DNA of 63,971 nt, counting the filler, from an uncultured Methanosarcinales archaeon (lineage in GTDB: Archaea; Nanobdellota; Nanobdellia; Woesearchaeales; UBA12501), in the NCBI GenBank assembly GCA_964397315.1. It is 7 parts of 4 records of this genome, joined end to end, with 100 filler letters (N's around TTAATTAATTAA, not from the genome) between each part and the next. Parts side by side here need not be neighbours in the genome. Positions count along the whole stretch, not along the records: positions 27,154 to 50,319 come from CAYNHV010000002.1; 6 more parts are not named here. One strand, given 5' to 3'. The stretch's first letter is position 1, and every line of letters starts with the position of its first letter. Shown piece after piece: positions 27,154 through 36,056 of the stretch. The notes beneath the pieces were generated by a model that had not been told where the DNA came from, made no database searches, and worked only from the letters and a program-made list of their open reading frames with translations. A program made the translations under genes and the position numbers.

Positions 27154-27272
27154 GAAGAGGATATATAGCTTATTAAAAAAGCTTATGTCAGAGGGTTTCT
27201 GTAAAGCCAACCAAAGCATAAATTTAAATATGATTACTGGACTGAGCAGGGATTATTGCCAGCGCGTTTATT

Positions 27273-27377
27273 GGGCCAGTAGCTCAACCTGGATGCAATA
27301 GCAGGGGATTAGAGCGCCGCATTGGCTATTAACAACCAAAGATGCGGAGGCTTCGGGTTCAAATCCCGACTGGTCCA
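27273..27377 (+). tRNA. tRNA-Ala(GGC) with two short introns (D-loop and 37/38)
   Basis: G3:U70 acceptor GGGCCAG/CTGGTCC; BHB helices CCTG/CAGG and TTGG/CCAA. Confidence 0.85.
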
Positions 27378-27436
27378 TTCATTCAAAAGGAAAACATTAA
27401 AAAGCAGCAGGATACAAGCTTTAGAAGGGGGTACAG

Positions 27437-28084
27437 ATGATAAAAGCAATACTCTTTGACTTTTGGGGCACGCTTGTTGAGCAGGGCGTCTATCCCTCGC
27501 CTTTCAAGCAGGCCAGGTATCTCTTGAGGCTGAAGATGCCTTTTTCAGAGTTCGCCCCCAGGTTTGAGAAGGCTTTCATGCTCAACAAGCATGACAGCCT
27601 GTATGACGGGTTCAGGGAGGTTGCAAAAGAGTTTGGCGTGAATCCTCCTGATTTTGTTTATGACAAGCTTGTCGGGCTGTGGAATAAGAACAAGCTTCTT
27701 GCAAAGCCCTACACAGAGACAATGGATGCCCTCACCCATCTCAGCAGGAAATACACTCTGGCCATAGTGTCAAACACAGACTGCTTCTCAATAAATGAGA
27801 TTGTTGACAAGTATGACATGAGAAAATTCTTTGACGTGATCTCCCTCTCATACGAGACAGGCCTCCTGAAGACTGACAGGAAGATGTTCTCCAGCGTGCT
27901 TAAGAAGCTGAGGGTGAAAAAGGAGGAGGCTGTCATGGCAGGAGACAGCATGGAGTCTGACATAATAGGGGCAGAGCATGCAGGGGTGAAGGCAATTCTC
28001 GTGGACAGGAGAGACAAGAGGGATTACCCCAACAAGGTAAAGGGGCTTGATGAGATAGAGGACACTATTCAAAATCTAAAATGA
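27437..28084 (+). CDS. HAD family hydrolase
   Basis: LFDFWGTL, VSN, GLLK, GDS.ESDI.GA. Confidence 0.92.
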   Translation: MIKAILFDFWGTLVEQGVYPSPFKQARYLLRLKMPFSEFAPRFEKAFMLNKHDSLYDGFREVAKEFGVNPPDFVYDKLVGLWNKNKLLAKPYTETMDALTHLSRKYTLAIVSNTDCFSINEIVDKYDMRKFFDVISLSYETGLLKTDRKMFSSVLKKLRVKKEEAVMAGDSMESDIIGAEHAGVKAILVDRRDKRDYPNKVKGLDEIEDTIQNLK

Positions 28085-28638
28085 ACCTCTCTTTTGTCAC
28101 ATCAAACAGGCACAAGTATGAGGAAGTAAAGAGCATACTCTCCGCTTTTGGCATTGAGACTGAATGGGTCAATGAGGAATACAACGAACCCGGCGGGGAT
28201 GTTGACTTTGTGGCTGGTGAATCATCACGGATTCTGGCAGAGAGGCTTGGTAAGCCTGTCTGCGTTGATGACACAGGAGTCTATTTTGAGGCTTATCCAG
28301 GATTTCCGGGACCGCATCCCAAGTTTGTTTTTGACCGCATAGGTTATGAAGGCATAATGAGGCTTCTTGACGGCAAGTCCAGAAAGGCTTATTTCAGGAC
28401 TGCTGTGGGCTACTGCGAGCCAGGCAAAAAGCCTGTTGTGTTTGAGGGGGTCATGAACTGCACTATAGCAGGCCAGGTGTTTGACGAGGACAAGGATGTC
28501 ATGCCTTATGAGAGGATATTCATTCCAGAGGGAAAGAAAGGGCCCCTCTCCAGCCTTTCAAGGGATGAGAAGAACAGAATAAGCCATAGGTATGAAGCCT
28601 TCAGAAGGCTTGGGGAATTCCTGAATAAGAAGAAGTGA
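28081..28638 (+). CDS. rdgB: Non-canonical purine NTP pyrophosphatase (HAM1)
   Basis: TSN.HK..E, DDTG, FPGP, KNRISHR. Confidence 0.93.
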   Translation: MNLSFVTSNRHKYEEVKSILSAFGIETEWVNEEYNEPGGDVDFVAGESSRILAERLGKPVCVDDTGVYFEAYPGFPGPHPKFVFDRIGYEGIMRLLDGKSRKAYFRTAVGYCEPGKKPVVFEGVMNCTIAGQVFDEDKDVMPYERIFIPEGKKGPLSSLSRDEKNRISHRYEAFRRLGEFLNKKK

Positions 28639-28717
28639 TAATAGGTTCCGGCCAGACTGGACTACTTCCGGATTTCTCACCAAAAGACATATAAAGAATA
28701 GATTCATTGATAATCTT

Positions 28718-28849
28718 ATGATAAACTTAACAAAGAGCATGGACAGGATGCACATCTATATAGATGGTTTCCTTGTAGTGCTGCTGACAATCATACTGAC
28801 AATCATAACTTTCATGCTGATATTATGGCTCATAAAAGGTGTTAACTGA
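28718..28849 (+). CDS. 43-aa single-TM peptide (absent from ORF track)
   Basis: Hydrophobic stretch; TGATG overlap with next ORF. Confidence 0.45.
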   Translation: MINLTKSMDRMHIYIDGFLVVLLTIILTIITFMLILWLIKGVN

Positions 28850-29154
28850 TGAAAAGAAACACATATCTTAATATTATGTCAGCAGTGTCTCTTCTGCTGA
28901 AGATCGTGGGGTTAATCATTGGTATTACTGCTCTTTTCCTTATTGCATGGAAAGTTTTTGGAGCCAGCCCAACTTCTGATTCAGTGATAATTACTGTAAT
29001 ATCCCTTCTGACAGCGCTTATCTGCGCTAATATAGCACTGAATTTCAAAATGATGTATAAGATGGGCTGCATGGAAACAGATCTGAAACATATAAAGAAA
29101 ATGACTTATGCCATTGCAAGGAATCTAAGAAAGCACATCCAGCAAGGACATTAA
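28849..29154 (+). CDS. Hypothetical membrane protein
   Basis: Two TM segments and a helical tail. Confidence 0.65.
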   Translation: MKRNTYLNIMSAVSLLLKIVGLIIGITALFLIAWKVFGASPTSDSVIITVISLLTALICANIALNFKMMYKMGCMETDLKHIKKMTYAIARNLRKHIQQGH

Positions 29155-29189
29155 CAAACTTTTTATATCCTCCCTCTTCTTCACGAGTC

Positions 29190-29960
29190 ATGAAACAGGA
29201 AAGAGTGCAGTTTGAGAACAACAACAGCGAGGTTCTGCAGGGCATGCTGAGGGTGCCTGAGAGAGGCGGAAGCGGGGTTCCTGCAGTCATACTCTGCCAT
29301 GGGTTCAGGGCAAACAAGGACAGGGAGATAATGTTCAGCCTCTGGGACATGATATCCAGGCAGGGATTTGCGTGCCTGAGGTTTGACTTCTCATGCCACG
29401 GAGAGAGCCAGGGGGATTTCAGGAGGTTCACGATAACCCAGGCAGTGAAGGACCTCAAGGCTGCTTTTAACCTCATGGACAGGAGAGAAGAGACAGACAG
29501 CAAAAGGATAGGGATTGTGGGCTATGCTTTCGGCGGTCTGGTGAGTGTCCTGTTCTCAGCAGAACACAATAAAGTAAAGTCACTGGTTTCCATAAACTCA
29601 AAATACAGCACAGAACAGCTGATAAGCTCTTATTTCAGCGATTACCAGCAGAAGGAGTGGAAGGAAAAGGGTTACATAAGGTTTCATGACTTCAGGGAGC
29701 TGGGAGTGGAATTTCTTGAGGACTCCAGAAAGCATGACGTGCTCGGCTCTGTAAAGAATCTGGGCTGTCCTTTCATGGCAGTGCATGGCACCCATGACTC
29801 AGCAACCCCCTTTGAGAGTGCAAGAGAGCTGTTTAACCATGCTAAAGAGCCGAAAAGGCTTGAGCTTGTTGACAATGCAGACCATCATTTCACTGACGCA
29901 GAGCACAGGCAGCAGCTGATTGACGCTGTCTCCCAGCAGCTACAGGCCACAATGCGCTGA
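29190..29960 (+). CDS. Alpha/beta hydrolase fold protein (nucleophile Ser replaced by Ala)
   Basis: CHGF, RFDFSCHGES.G, GYAFGG, HGTHD, ADHHF. Confidence 0.88.
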   Translation: MKQERVQFENNNSEVLQGMLRVPERGGSGVPAVILCHGFRANKDREIMFSLWDMISRQGFACLRFDFSCHGESQGDFRRFTITQAVKDLKAAFNLMDRREETDSKRIGIVGYAFGGLVSVLFSAEHNKVKSLVSINSKYSTEQLISSYFSDYQQKEWKEKGYIRFHDFRELGVEFLEDSRKHDVLGSVKNLGCPFMAVHGTHDSATPFESARELFNHAKEPKRLELVDNADHHFTDAEHRQQLIDAVSQQLQATMR

Positions 29961-30066
29961 AGAAGCTGGTAAATCTGTTTTTCTTCTCCTGAAAAGGGCC
30001 TGCGCCATCGGAAATATTCAGAAATATTTAAAAACAAAGCCATATATGAAAGCCTAAAAGAGGTGT

Positions 30067-30774
30067 ATGATGGGAGCTCTAAAGACAGCAGTAAAGGTTT
30101 TTGGTGTTTTCACCCTTCTGCTCCTTATTGCCATCTCTGCAGTTGGTTTTATGGCTGTTTCTGATGCAAGGGAGTTCTCCAGGAGGCTTCCTTCAGAGCC
30201 CAACGCATTCCTTCTTGCTGATGAAGGAGAGGTTCTCGCAGGCGCAAGAAACCTCATGCATGAGGAATCACCTTCTCCAATGAAAGCAGAGGCTGTGGAA
30301 TCCTACGAGAATTACATTTCTCAGAATGATTATGAGTCAATGGTGGGGGATAATTACAGGGTGTTTGTGGTGAGCTTTGACACTTTCAACAGCCTTGACA
30401 ACAATACTAAAATTGGGGATGCAGGCGCAACAATTACAGTGAAGAAAGCAAAAACACTTCTAAAAGCAGAATCCTCCAGGAAGAAGCTGATTGAGGACGC
30501 GCTGAGCAGCAAGGCTGTTCCAGAGGGTTATGAAGAGCAGGCAAGGAAAATGGCTGAGGACAGGATACCCTCTGAAAGCGAGCTAAGGTCAAGCCTTTTC
30601 CTTCTTCTGCTGAGCGCTTATGCTGACTTAGAGGGCCCCTCATTCATAATCAGCGGATACAGGGAGGGTAGCATTGAGGTCTACCCAAAGACCATGCTTT
30701 TCAGAGTCCTTAAAATAATCCCTGAGCCGGCCATAAACGCCGTGGAAGCGGGAATGTCAGGGGAGGGAGCATAA
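30067..30774 (+). CDS. Hypothetical membrane-anchored protein
   Basis: N-terminal TM; GAGGTG RBS; coupled to next gene. Confidence 0.75.
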   Translation: MMGALKTAVKVFGVFTLLLLIAISAVGFMAVSDAREFSRRLPSEPNAFLLADEGEVLAGARNLMHEESPSPMKAEAVESYENYISQNDYESMVGDNYRVFVVSFDTFNSLDNNTKIGDAGATITVKKAKTLLKAESSRKKLIEDALSSKAVPEGYEEQARKMAEDRIPSESELRSSLFLLLLSAYADLEGPSFIISGYREGSIEVYPKTMLFRVLKIIPEPAINAVEAGMSGEGA

Positions 30775-30775
30775 A

Positions 30776-33502
30776 ATGAGAAAATGCATTCTGCTGGCGG
30801 TTTTTTTGCTGTGCATGGTTCCTTCAGCGCTTGCAGCAGGGAACAGAACTTCAGAGCTTTCCAGGACTTTTTACTCAGGAGATACTTTCAAGCTGGATGA
30901 TGATATTTATACTGTGGACGTTAACTCTTATGAGGAGATAATAATAAGGTTCAATGACCAGTTTGTGGTGGTGAGGAACGGCTCATGCTCAATGAGGGGG
31001 TTGACATATGAGTTCTGCGCTGATGACATAGGATTTGATTTTAGCAATAAAAAGAAGGAAGTTGACCTGTCGGTTTACTCTTACAAGCCGGATATTGCGG
31101 TGACAAGGACAGTGTCAAAGTCAGACCCTCTCGTGGGAGAGACAATCAATGTCAGCGTCACCCTGGAGAACCAGGGAGCAAGGAAGGCCTCCAATGTCAC
31201 CTACACAGATACTTTCCCTCCAGATATGAATGTTTCAATACCAATATCACAGCCAGGAGTTTATGTGCAGAGGAACAGGAAGGTGAAGCTGGCAAACGGC
31301 TCAACAGCGAGGATGCACACTGTATTCTGGCAGGGAGAGATGATAATCGATGATTCCACAAGCTTCCTGTACAGGCTGACACCCCTCAAGCAGGCAGACC
31401 ACTCCTTCAGCGCCAATGTGCACTACATGAAAGGGCTTGAGGAGGTTGATGAGGAGACAGACAGCTTTGACATAAAGGCAGAGCCGTATCTGGTAATGAA
31501 GACAAACCTTATTGACGTTGGATACAAAGTCCCTGCGGGAAGGACAGACGTGAAAACATGGGAGACAAAAGACCCTCTCCTGGGAGAGCACATGCTGTTT
31601 GTGGTGGACATAGTCAACAGATACAAGGACAACAACTCAATAAACATGTCAGAACTAAGGATTCATTTTCCGCCGGGCATAAGGTATGAAAGAGAAGCCA
31701 CGCTTAGGGTCTACGACAACGCCTCTGACGCAAATTCCTCATATCTCACAGGAGGGGTAAGGCTTAACAGGGTGAGCGACACCCTCTATAACTGGTCAGG
31801 AAAGGTCATCAAGGATGGAAAGACATTTGTGATGAAGGTCAGGGCAGTCAAAAAGGGAACTCACAGGATAAGGGTGGCTGCAGACATAAGGAAAGGGAAT
31901 CTTCCCGAGATATATGATTATTCCGCCACACAGAGCGTTGAGGTGACAGGAAAAGAGATAGAAATAGAGAGCAATTTTGCTGACGGAGACTCCTTCAATG
32001 CAGGGCAGGAGAAATATTTTACCCTCTACCTTGCCAATCCCAACACTTACGCCAACTTCACTGACATCAACGTGACAATGGACATTCCATGGTCCGACAT
32101 CAGGAAGAAGCACATCAGCCTGGTAGAGGATTCCAATTACAAGGACGTGCTCAACAAGAATATTGTCATGCCTGATGTTTCAGTTCCCACACCTCTCAAG
32201 TTTTATGTGAATGTGAGCTACAGGACGCAGTTCGGGAAGAGGATGAACAAGACATTCAAGAGAGGCATAACAGTCCAGCCAGTGCCTGACTTTGATGTTA
32301 TACATGAGATTGGCGGCAAACAGGTGCTCAACTCAGGCAGCATGGAAGTGGACCACAGGGAGAAAGAGGTTGTCCTAAGGATAGACAGCAACGCTGAGGA
32401 AGACCTGAATAGCGTCACAGTAAGAGAGGTCTACAACAGCACCCTCAACCCCTCAGGAGGCCTATCAACAAAGCTGATAACCCTCAGAAAGGGCAGGATG
32501 AATGACGTGTTCAAGTATAAGATAAACCCTCCTGACAGCAACATGAGGAAGAATTACACTCTCACAACATACGTGGCCTACAGGATAGGCAACCACACCT
32601 ACAACCACTCACTTGATGCCGTTCTGACAGTTAAGCCTAAGATGATGGACATCAGAATAATAAAGGAGCTTTTTGAAAGCACTCTGGCAAGAGGCCAGAC
32701 AGCGCATTTCTCTTACAGGATAAAAAACACAGAGAACGAGCCCATAAACAACATAACCATCCACTTCCCGCTCCAGCGCGAGACAGATGTTGTCGGCGCG
32801 AGAGAATTTGTCATAGACTCGCTGAAGCCGGGAGAGACTGCTGTGGTGAACAATGAGGAGAGAGTAAGAGTAAAGAAGAACGGGACTCTCAGCTTCAAGA
32901 AGACCAATGTCACATTCAGGGACGAAGCAGGCAACATATTCAATGACACCTCCAACATAGTGAGAGATGAGGTTGAGGATGGGATTCTTGAATCGCCTGC
33001 AATCTTCATGAACAAGAGCGCGCCCTCTAATGTCACAGAGGGAGAGCAGTTTGAGGTGGAGCTTATTGTGAAAAACAAGGGAGGCATGCCTGCTTACGTG
33101 ACTGTGAGGTATCCCAGGCCGTGGTACACAAGGGAGTACACATTCAGGGCCCTTCCAGGCTCGGAAAGAAGAATAGTGTACAACACAACAGTGAGAGAGG
33201 CGGGCCTGCTCAACCTTCCTGACAACATAGCAAACCACTCATATAAGGGATTCCAGTATTACACAGTCCCAAACAAGGCTGAGCTCTACTCCAACCCCAA
33301 GAAGGAGCCTGAGCCTGTTAAAGAAGAGGAGGAAAAGGAGAAGAGGGGGGTGAATGAGACAGGAAAAGAGCAGAAAGAGGGGAAGGTGTTCAACATAAAA
33401 TATTTATATCTCGCGGTCTTCATTGTCCTTGTCTGCCTTGCAATACTTTATGTGATAAGAAGACCAAAGAAAAAAAAGGGATTTGAATTCCTGGAGGAAT
33501 AA
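30776..33502 (+). CDS. Large surface protein with Ig-like (S-layer COG1361-like) domains
   Basis: Signal peptide, V.VTLEN.G-type beta-sandwich repeats, many N-x-S/T sequons, C-terminal TM with basic tail. Confidence 0.8.
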   Translation: MRKCILLAVFLLCMVPSALAAGNRTSELSRTFYSGDTFKLDDDIYTVDVNSYEEIIIRFNDQFVVVRNGSCSMRGLTYEFCADDIGFDFSNKKKEVDLSVYSYKPDIAVTRTVSKSDPLVGETINVSVTLENQGARKASNVTYTDTFPPDMNVSIPISQPGVYVQRNRKVKLANGSTARMHTVFWQGEMIIDDSTSFLYRLTPLKQADHSFSANVHYMKGLEEVDEETDSFDIKAEPYLVMKTNLIDVGYKVPAGRTDVKTWETKDPLLGEHMLFVVDIVNRYKDNNSINMSELRIHFPPGIRYEREATLRVYDNASDANSSYLTGGVRLNRVSDTLYNWSGKVIKDGKTFVMKVRAVKKGTHRIRVAADIRKGNLPEIYDYSATQSVEVTGKEIEIESNFADGDSFNAGQEKYFTLYLANPNTYANFTDINVTMDIPWSDIRKKHISLVEDSNYKDVLNKNIVMPDVSVPTPLKFYVNVSYRTQFGKRMNKTFKRGITVQPVPDFDVIHEIGGKQVLNSGSMEVDHREKEVVLRIDSNAEEDLNSVTVREVYNSTLNPSGGLSTKLITLRKGRMNDVFKYKINPPDSNMRKNYTLTTYVAYRIGNHTYNHSLDAVLTVKPKMMDIRIIKELFESTLARGQTAHFSYRIKNTENEPINNITIHFPLQRETDVVGAREFVIDSLKPGETAVVNNEERVRVKKNGTLSFKKTNVTFRDEAGNIFNDTSNIVRDEVEDGILESPAIFMNKSAPSNVTEGEQFEVELIVKNKGGMPAYVTVRYPRPWYTREYTFRALPGSERRIVYNTTVREAGLLNLPDNIANHSYKGFQYYTVPNKAELYSNPKKEPEPVKEEEEKEKRGVNETGKEQKEGKVFNIKYLYLAVFIVLVCLAILYVIRRPKKKKGFEFLEE

Positions 33503-33503
33503 A

Positions 33504-34031
33504 ATGGCATTTTTAGACAAGCTCAAGTTCTGGAAAAGCGGTGACGAGCCCCTGAAGCCTCTTGGAGGTGAAGGAGGCGGCTTTGGAGGGGAGACAGCAG
33601 GCGCTTCCCAGGGAGCAGGAGGCACAGGAACAGACAGCGCAGGAGGAGGGGGAGACTCTGCCCCGGGCCTTGGTGGAACAGGAAGCCTTGGAGAGATGCC
33701 CGGAGCAGGCTCAGGAGAGGGGCAGCCCCAGCAGAGCTACCCACAGCAACAGCCCCAGAATCCTGCAGGAGCACCAGCTGACTCTGACCTTTCCCTTAGA
33801 GGGCCGAGCTATGAAAAGCCGCCTGAATCAGGTGACTTGAGGCACGCTCCCCTGTCTCCTGCTGAGAGGCAGCAGCCCCAGCAAGGCAGCTCAGGCCAAG
33901 TATCTCATGACGCAGAAGTGCTTTCAGCCAAGCTTGACGCGATAAAAGCCAACATTGAAAGCATAAACCACAGGCTTGAGTCAATAGAGAGGGTTGTGAT
34001 GAACCAGGAGAGGAGAAGGGTGCAGTGGTAG
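33504..34031 (+). CDS. Low-complexity hypothetical protein with C-terminal coiled coil
   Basis: MAFLDKLKFWK start after GGAGG; G/Q/P-rich; LSAKLDAIKA..ESINHRL. Confidence 0.75.
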   Translation: MAFLDKLKFWKSGDEPLKPLGGEGGGFGGETAGASQGAGGTGTDSAGGGGDSAPGLGGTGSLGEMPGAGSGEGQPQQSYPQQQPQNPAGAPADSDLSLRGPSYEKPPESGDLRHAPLSPAERQQPQQGSSGQVSHDAEVLSAKLDAIKANIESINHRLESIERVVMNQERRRVQW

Positions 34032-34039
34032 CCTGCTGC

Positions 34040-35116
34040 CTAATACTCCCGGTTTATTAGGAAGTCAGAGATTCCAATCAGAAAGTCTTTTCCCTCTTCT
34101 CTCAGCTCAGCTTTTTCCAATGACCTCCTTGCTCTGGTTATAAGGTCTTCTGCAAGCTTTCTGGAATAATCCAGGGAGCCTGTCTCAGTTATTATCTTCC
34201 TGACTTTTTCTATCTCATCTTTTGAAATGCCCTTTTTTCCAAGAGCATCAAGCAGGATGTTTTTCTCCTCTTCGCTGCACTTCTCAAATGCCTTGACAAT
34301 CAGCAGTGTTATCTTGCCCTCCTTCAGGTCAGAGCCCACAGGCTTGCCCAGCTTCTTCTCATCACCAAACATGCCCAGAATGTCATCCTGTATCTGAAAC
34401 GCCTGGCCAAGAGGAGCTGCAAATTCGTTCAGGGCCTTAAGGTCCGATTCCCCTGCTCCTGCAAGCACAGCCCCCATGTGAAGCGGACCCTCCACAGTGT
34501 ATGATGCTGTCTTGTACTTATTTACCTTCATGACATCCTCTTCCGTGACTTTGTGAACAGGCCTGCTGTATATCATGGTCTCAAGCAGCCAGCCGTATTC
34601 TGTCTTAAGGGCAGCCTCATGATATTTTCTGAGAGAGGAATTTACCCTGGCTGCATCAAATCCTGAGAGCAGGAGCGCCTCATTTGCCAGAGAGTTCTGC
34701 ATGTCAGCGGCAACAATAGCTATGCTCTCTCCGAATCTTTTTGGAGATATGCTCTTAAGATGACCGTATCTGTTCTCATAAACCTTGTGAAGCGTAGGGC
34801 CGCCCCTCCTGAGCTCGTCCTGGTCAAGAACATCATCATGTATCAGAAAAAAACCTTCCATAAGCTCAACAGCAAGCGAGGAGCGAATGAGATCCTGCTC
34901 GTCATCAGGTTCTGCAAAGCATTTGTAGCCATGCATCATCAGTGCAGGCCTTATCCTCTTGCCTCCCCTGAGGTTGAATTCCTTCAGGTTCTTCATCAGC
35001 TCAGCAGCAGAGCTGTCAACCTTTTCCGCCTCTTTTATCTTCCTGTCAAAGAATTCAGACAGCGCAGAGTCTATCCTCTGCTTGTAGTCCCTCAGCTTTT
35101 CCATTGCGCCTGCCAT
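34040..35116 (-). CDS. idsA: Polyprenyl (geranylgeranyl) diphosphate synthase
   Basis: GGKRIRP, LIHDDVLD.D..RRG, KT, FQIQDD, GSDLKEGK. Confidence 0.93.
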   Translation of the reverse strand: MAGAMEKLRDYKQRIDSALSEFFDRKIKEAEKVDSSAAELMKNLKEFNLRGGKRIRPALMMHGYKCFAEPDDEQDLIRSSLAVELMEGFFLIHDDVLDQDELRRGGPTLHKVYENRYGHLKSISPKRFGESIAIVAADMQNSLANEALLLSGFDAARVNSSLRKYHEAALKTEYGWLLETMIYSRPVHKVTEEDVMKVNKYKTASYTVEGPLHMGAVLAGAGESDLKALNEFAAPLGQAFQIQDDILGMFGDEKKLGKPVGSDLKEGKITLLIVKAFEKCSEEEKNILLDALGKKGISKDEIEKVRKIITETGSLDYSRKLAEDLITRARRSLEKAELREEGKDFLIGISDFLINREY

Positions 35117-35214
35117 GCACGTCTCTTGCCTGCTTCTGTTTAAATTTTTTCCGATTTTTTGGGATGCGGAATTGCAATAAAATTATAAATGAAAACAGAA
35201 TCCTCTCCCTTATA

Positions 35215-35655
35215 ATGGCTATGTGCAGAAACAGGGCGGGATGCACCTTTAAGGGAGTTGCGCTTCTGGTTCTTGTAATTGACATCATAACCAAGATGCT
35301 CGCCAGGAGGCATCAGCCCTCAGGATCCGGAGTCATCAGCATAGACTACACAACCAACACAGGCGCGGCATTCGGCATGATGAAAGAGGGGAATGTGCTG
35401 CTGATTATGATATCCATTGCTGTCCTGGCTGCCATAATCTATATGATGTTCTTCAGCAGGAAAAGGCCTTCAATGGGAACTGCTGTTTTCCTGGGCCTGC
35501 TGGCCGGAGGCGCGCTGGGAAACCTCCTTGACAGGATTTTCTTTGGGTTTGTGACTGACTTCATCAGCTTCAGCTTCTGGCCTGCCTTTAACGTGGCTGA
35601 CATTGCCATAACAACCGGTGTTATAGGCCTGGTTGTGATAATAATGAAAGAATAG
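35215..35655 (+). CDS. lspA: Signal peptidase II
   Basis: NTGAAFG, GNLLDR, VTDF, FNVAD. Confidence 0.9.
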   Translation: MAMCRNRAGCTFKGVALLVLVIDIITKMLARRHQPSGSGVISIDYTTNTGAAFGMMKEGNVLLIMISIAVLAAIIYMMFFSRKRPSMGTAVFLGLLAGGALGNLLDRIFFGFVTDFISFSFWPAFNVADIAITTGVIGLVVIIMKE

Positions 35656-35661
35656 TGTTTT

Positions 35662-36003
35662 TCAGAACTCCTCGCTTTCCTCAAGCCCCTTGAGATAGCC
35701 CTTCTTCTTCAGCCAGTCAACCTGGGACGGCCTGTACTTGAAAAGAACATCGCCCTTGCCCTTGTCATACTCCCAGGGCTCAACGATTATTATGTCACCC
35801 TCCCTTATCCAGAGCCTTCTCTTGAGCCTGCCCGGAATGCGGCAGATGCGGGTCTTTCCGTCAAAGCACCTGACAGACATCCTGCTTCCTCCGAGGCGCT
35901 GCTCAACAACACCAAAGCTCTGCTTTCCCCTGGGAAGCTTGATCCTGCTTATCTCCTGCTGGATCTTCTCCTGCCTTGCCTGCTCTTCCTTCTTCTTGCT
36001 CAT
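35662..36003 (-). CDS. eif1a: Translation initiation factor aIF-1A
   Basis: V.C.DGKTRICRIPG.LK.RLWIREGD. Confidence 0.95.
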   Translation of the reverse strand: MSKKKEEQARQEKIQQEISRIKLPRGKQSFGVVEQRLGGSRMSVRCFDGKTRICRIPGRLKRRLWIREGDIIIVEPWEYDKGKGDVLFKYRPSQVDWLKKKGYLKGLEESEEF

Positions 36004-36056
36004 GAAACACATAAAAAAAGAGGGGGTTTATAAGGGTTTTGGTGGTATAAGGAGTA

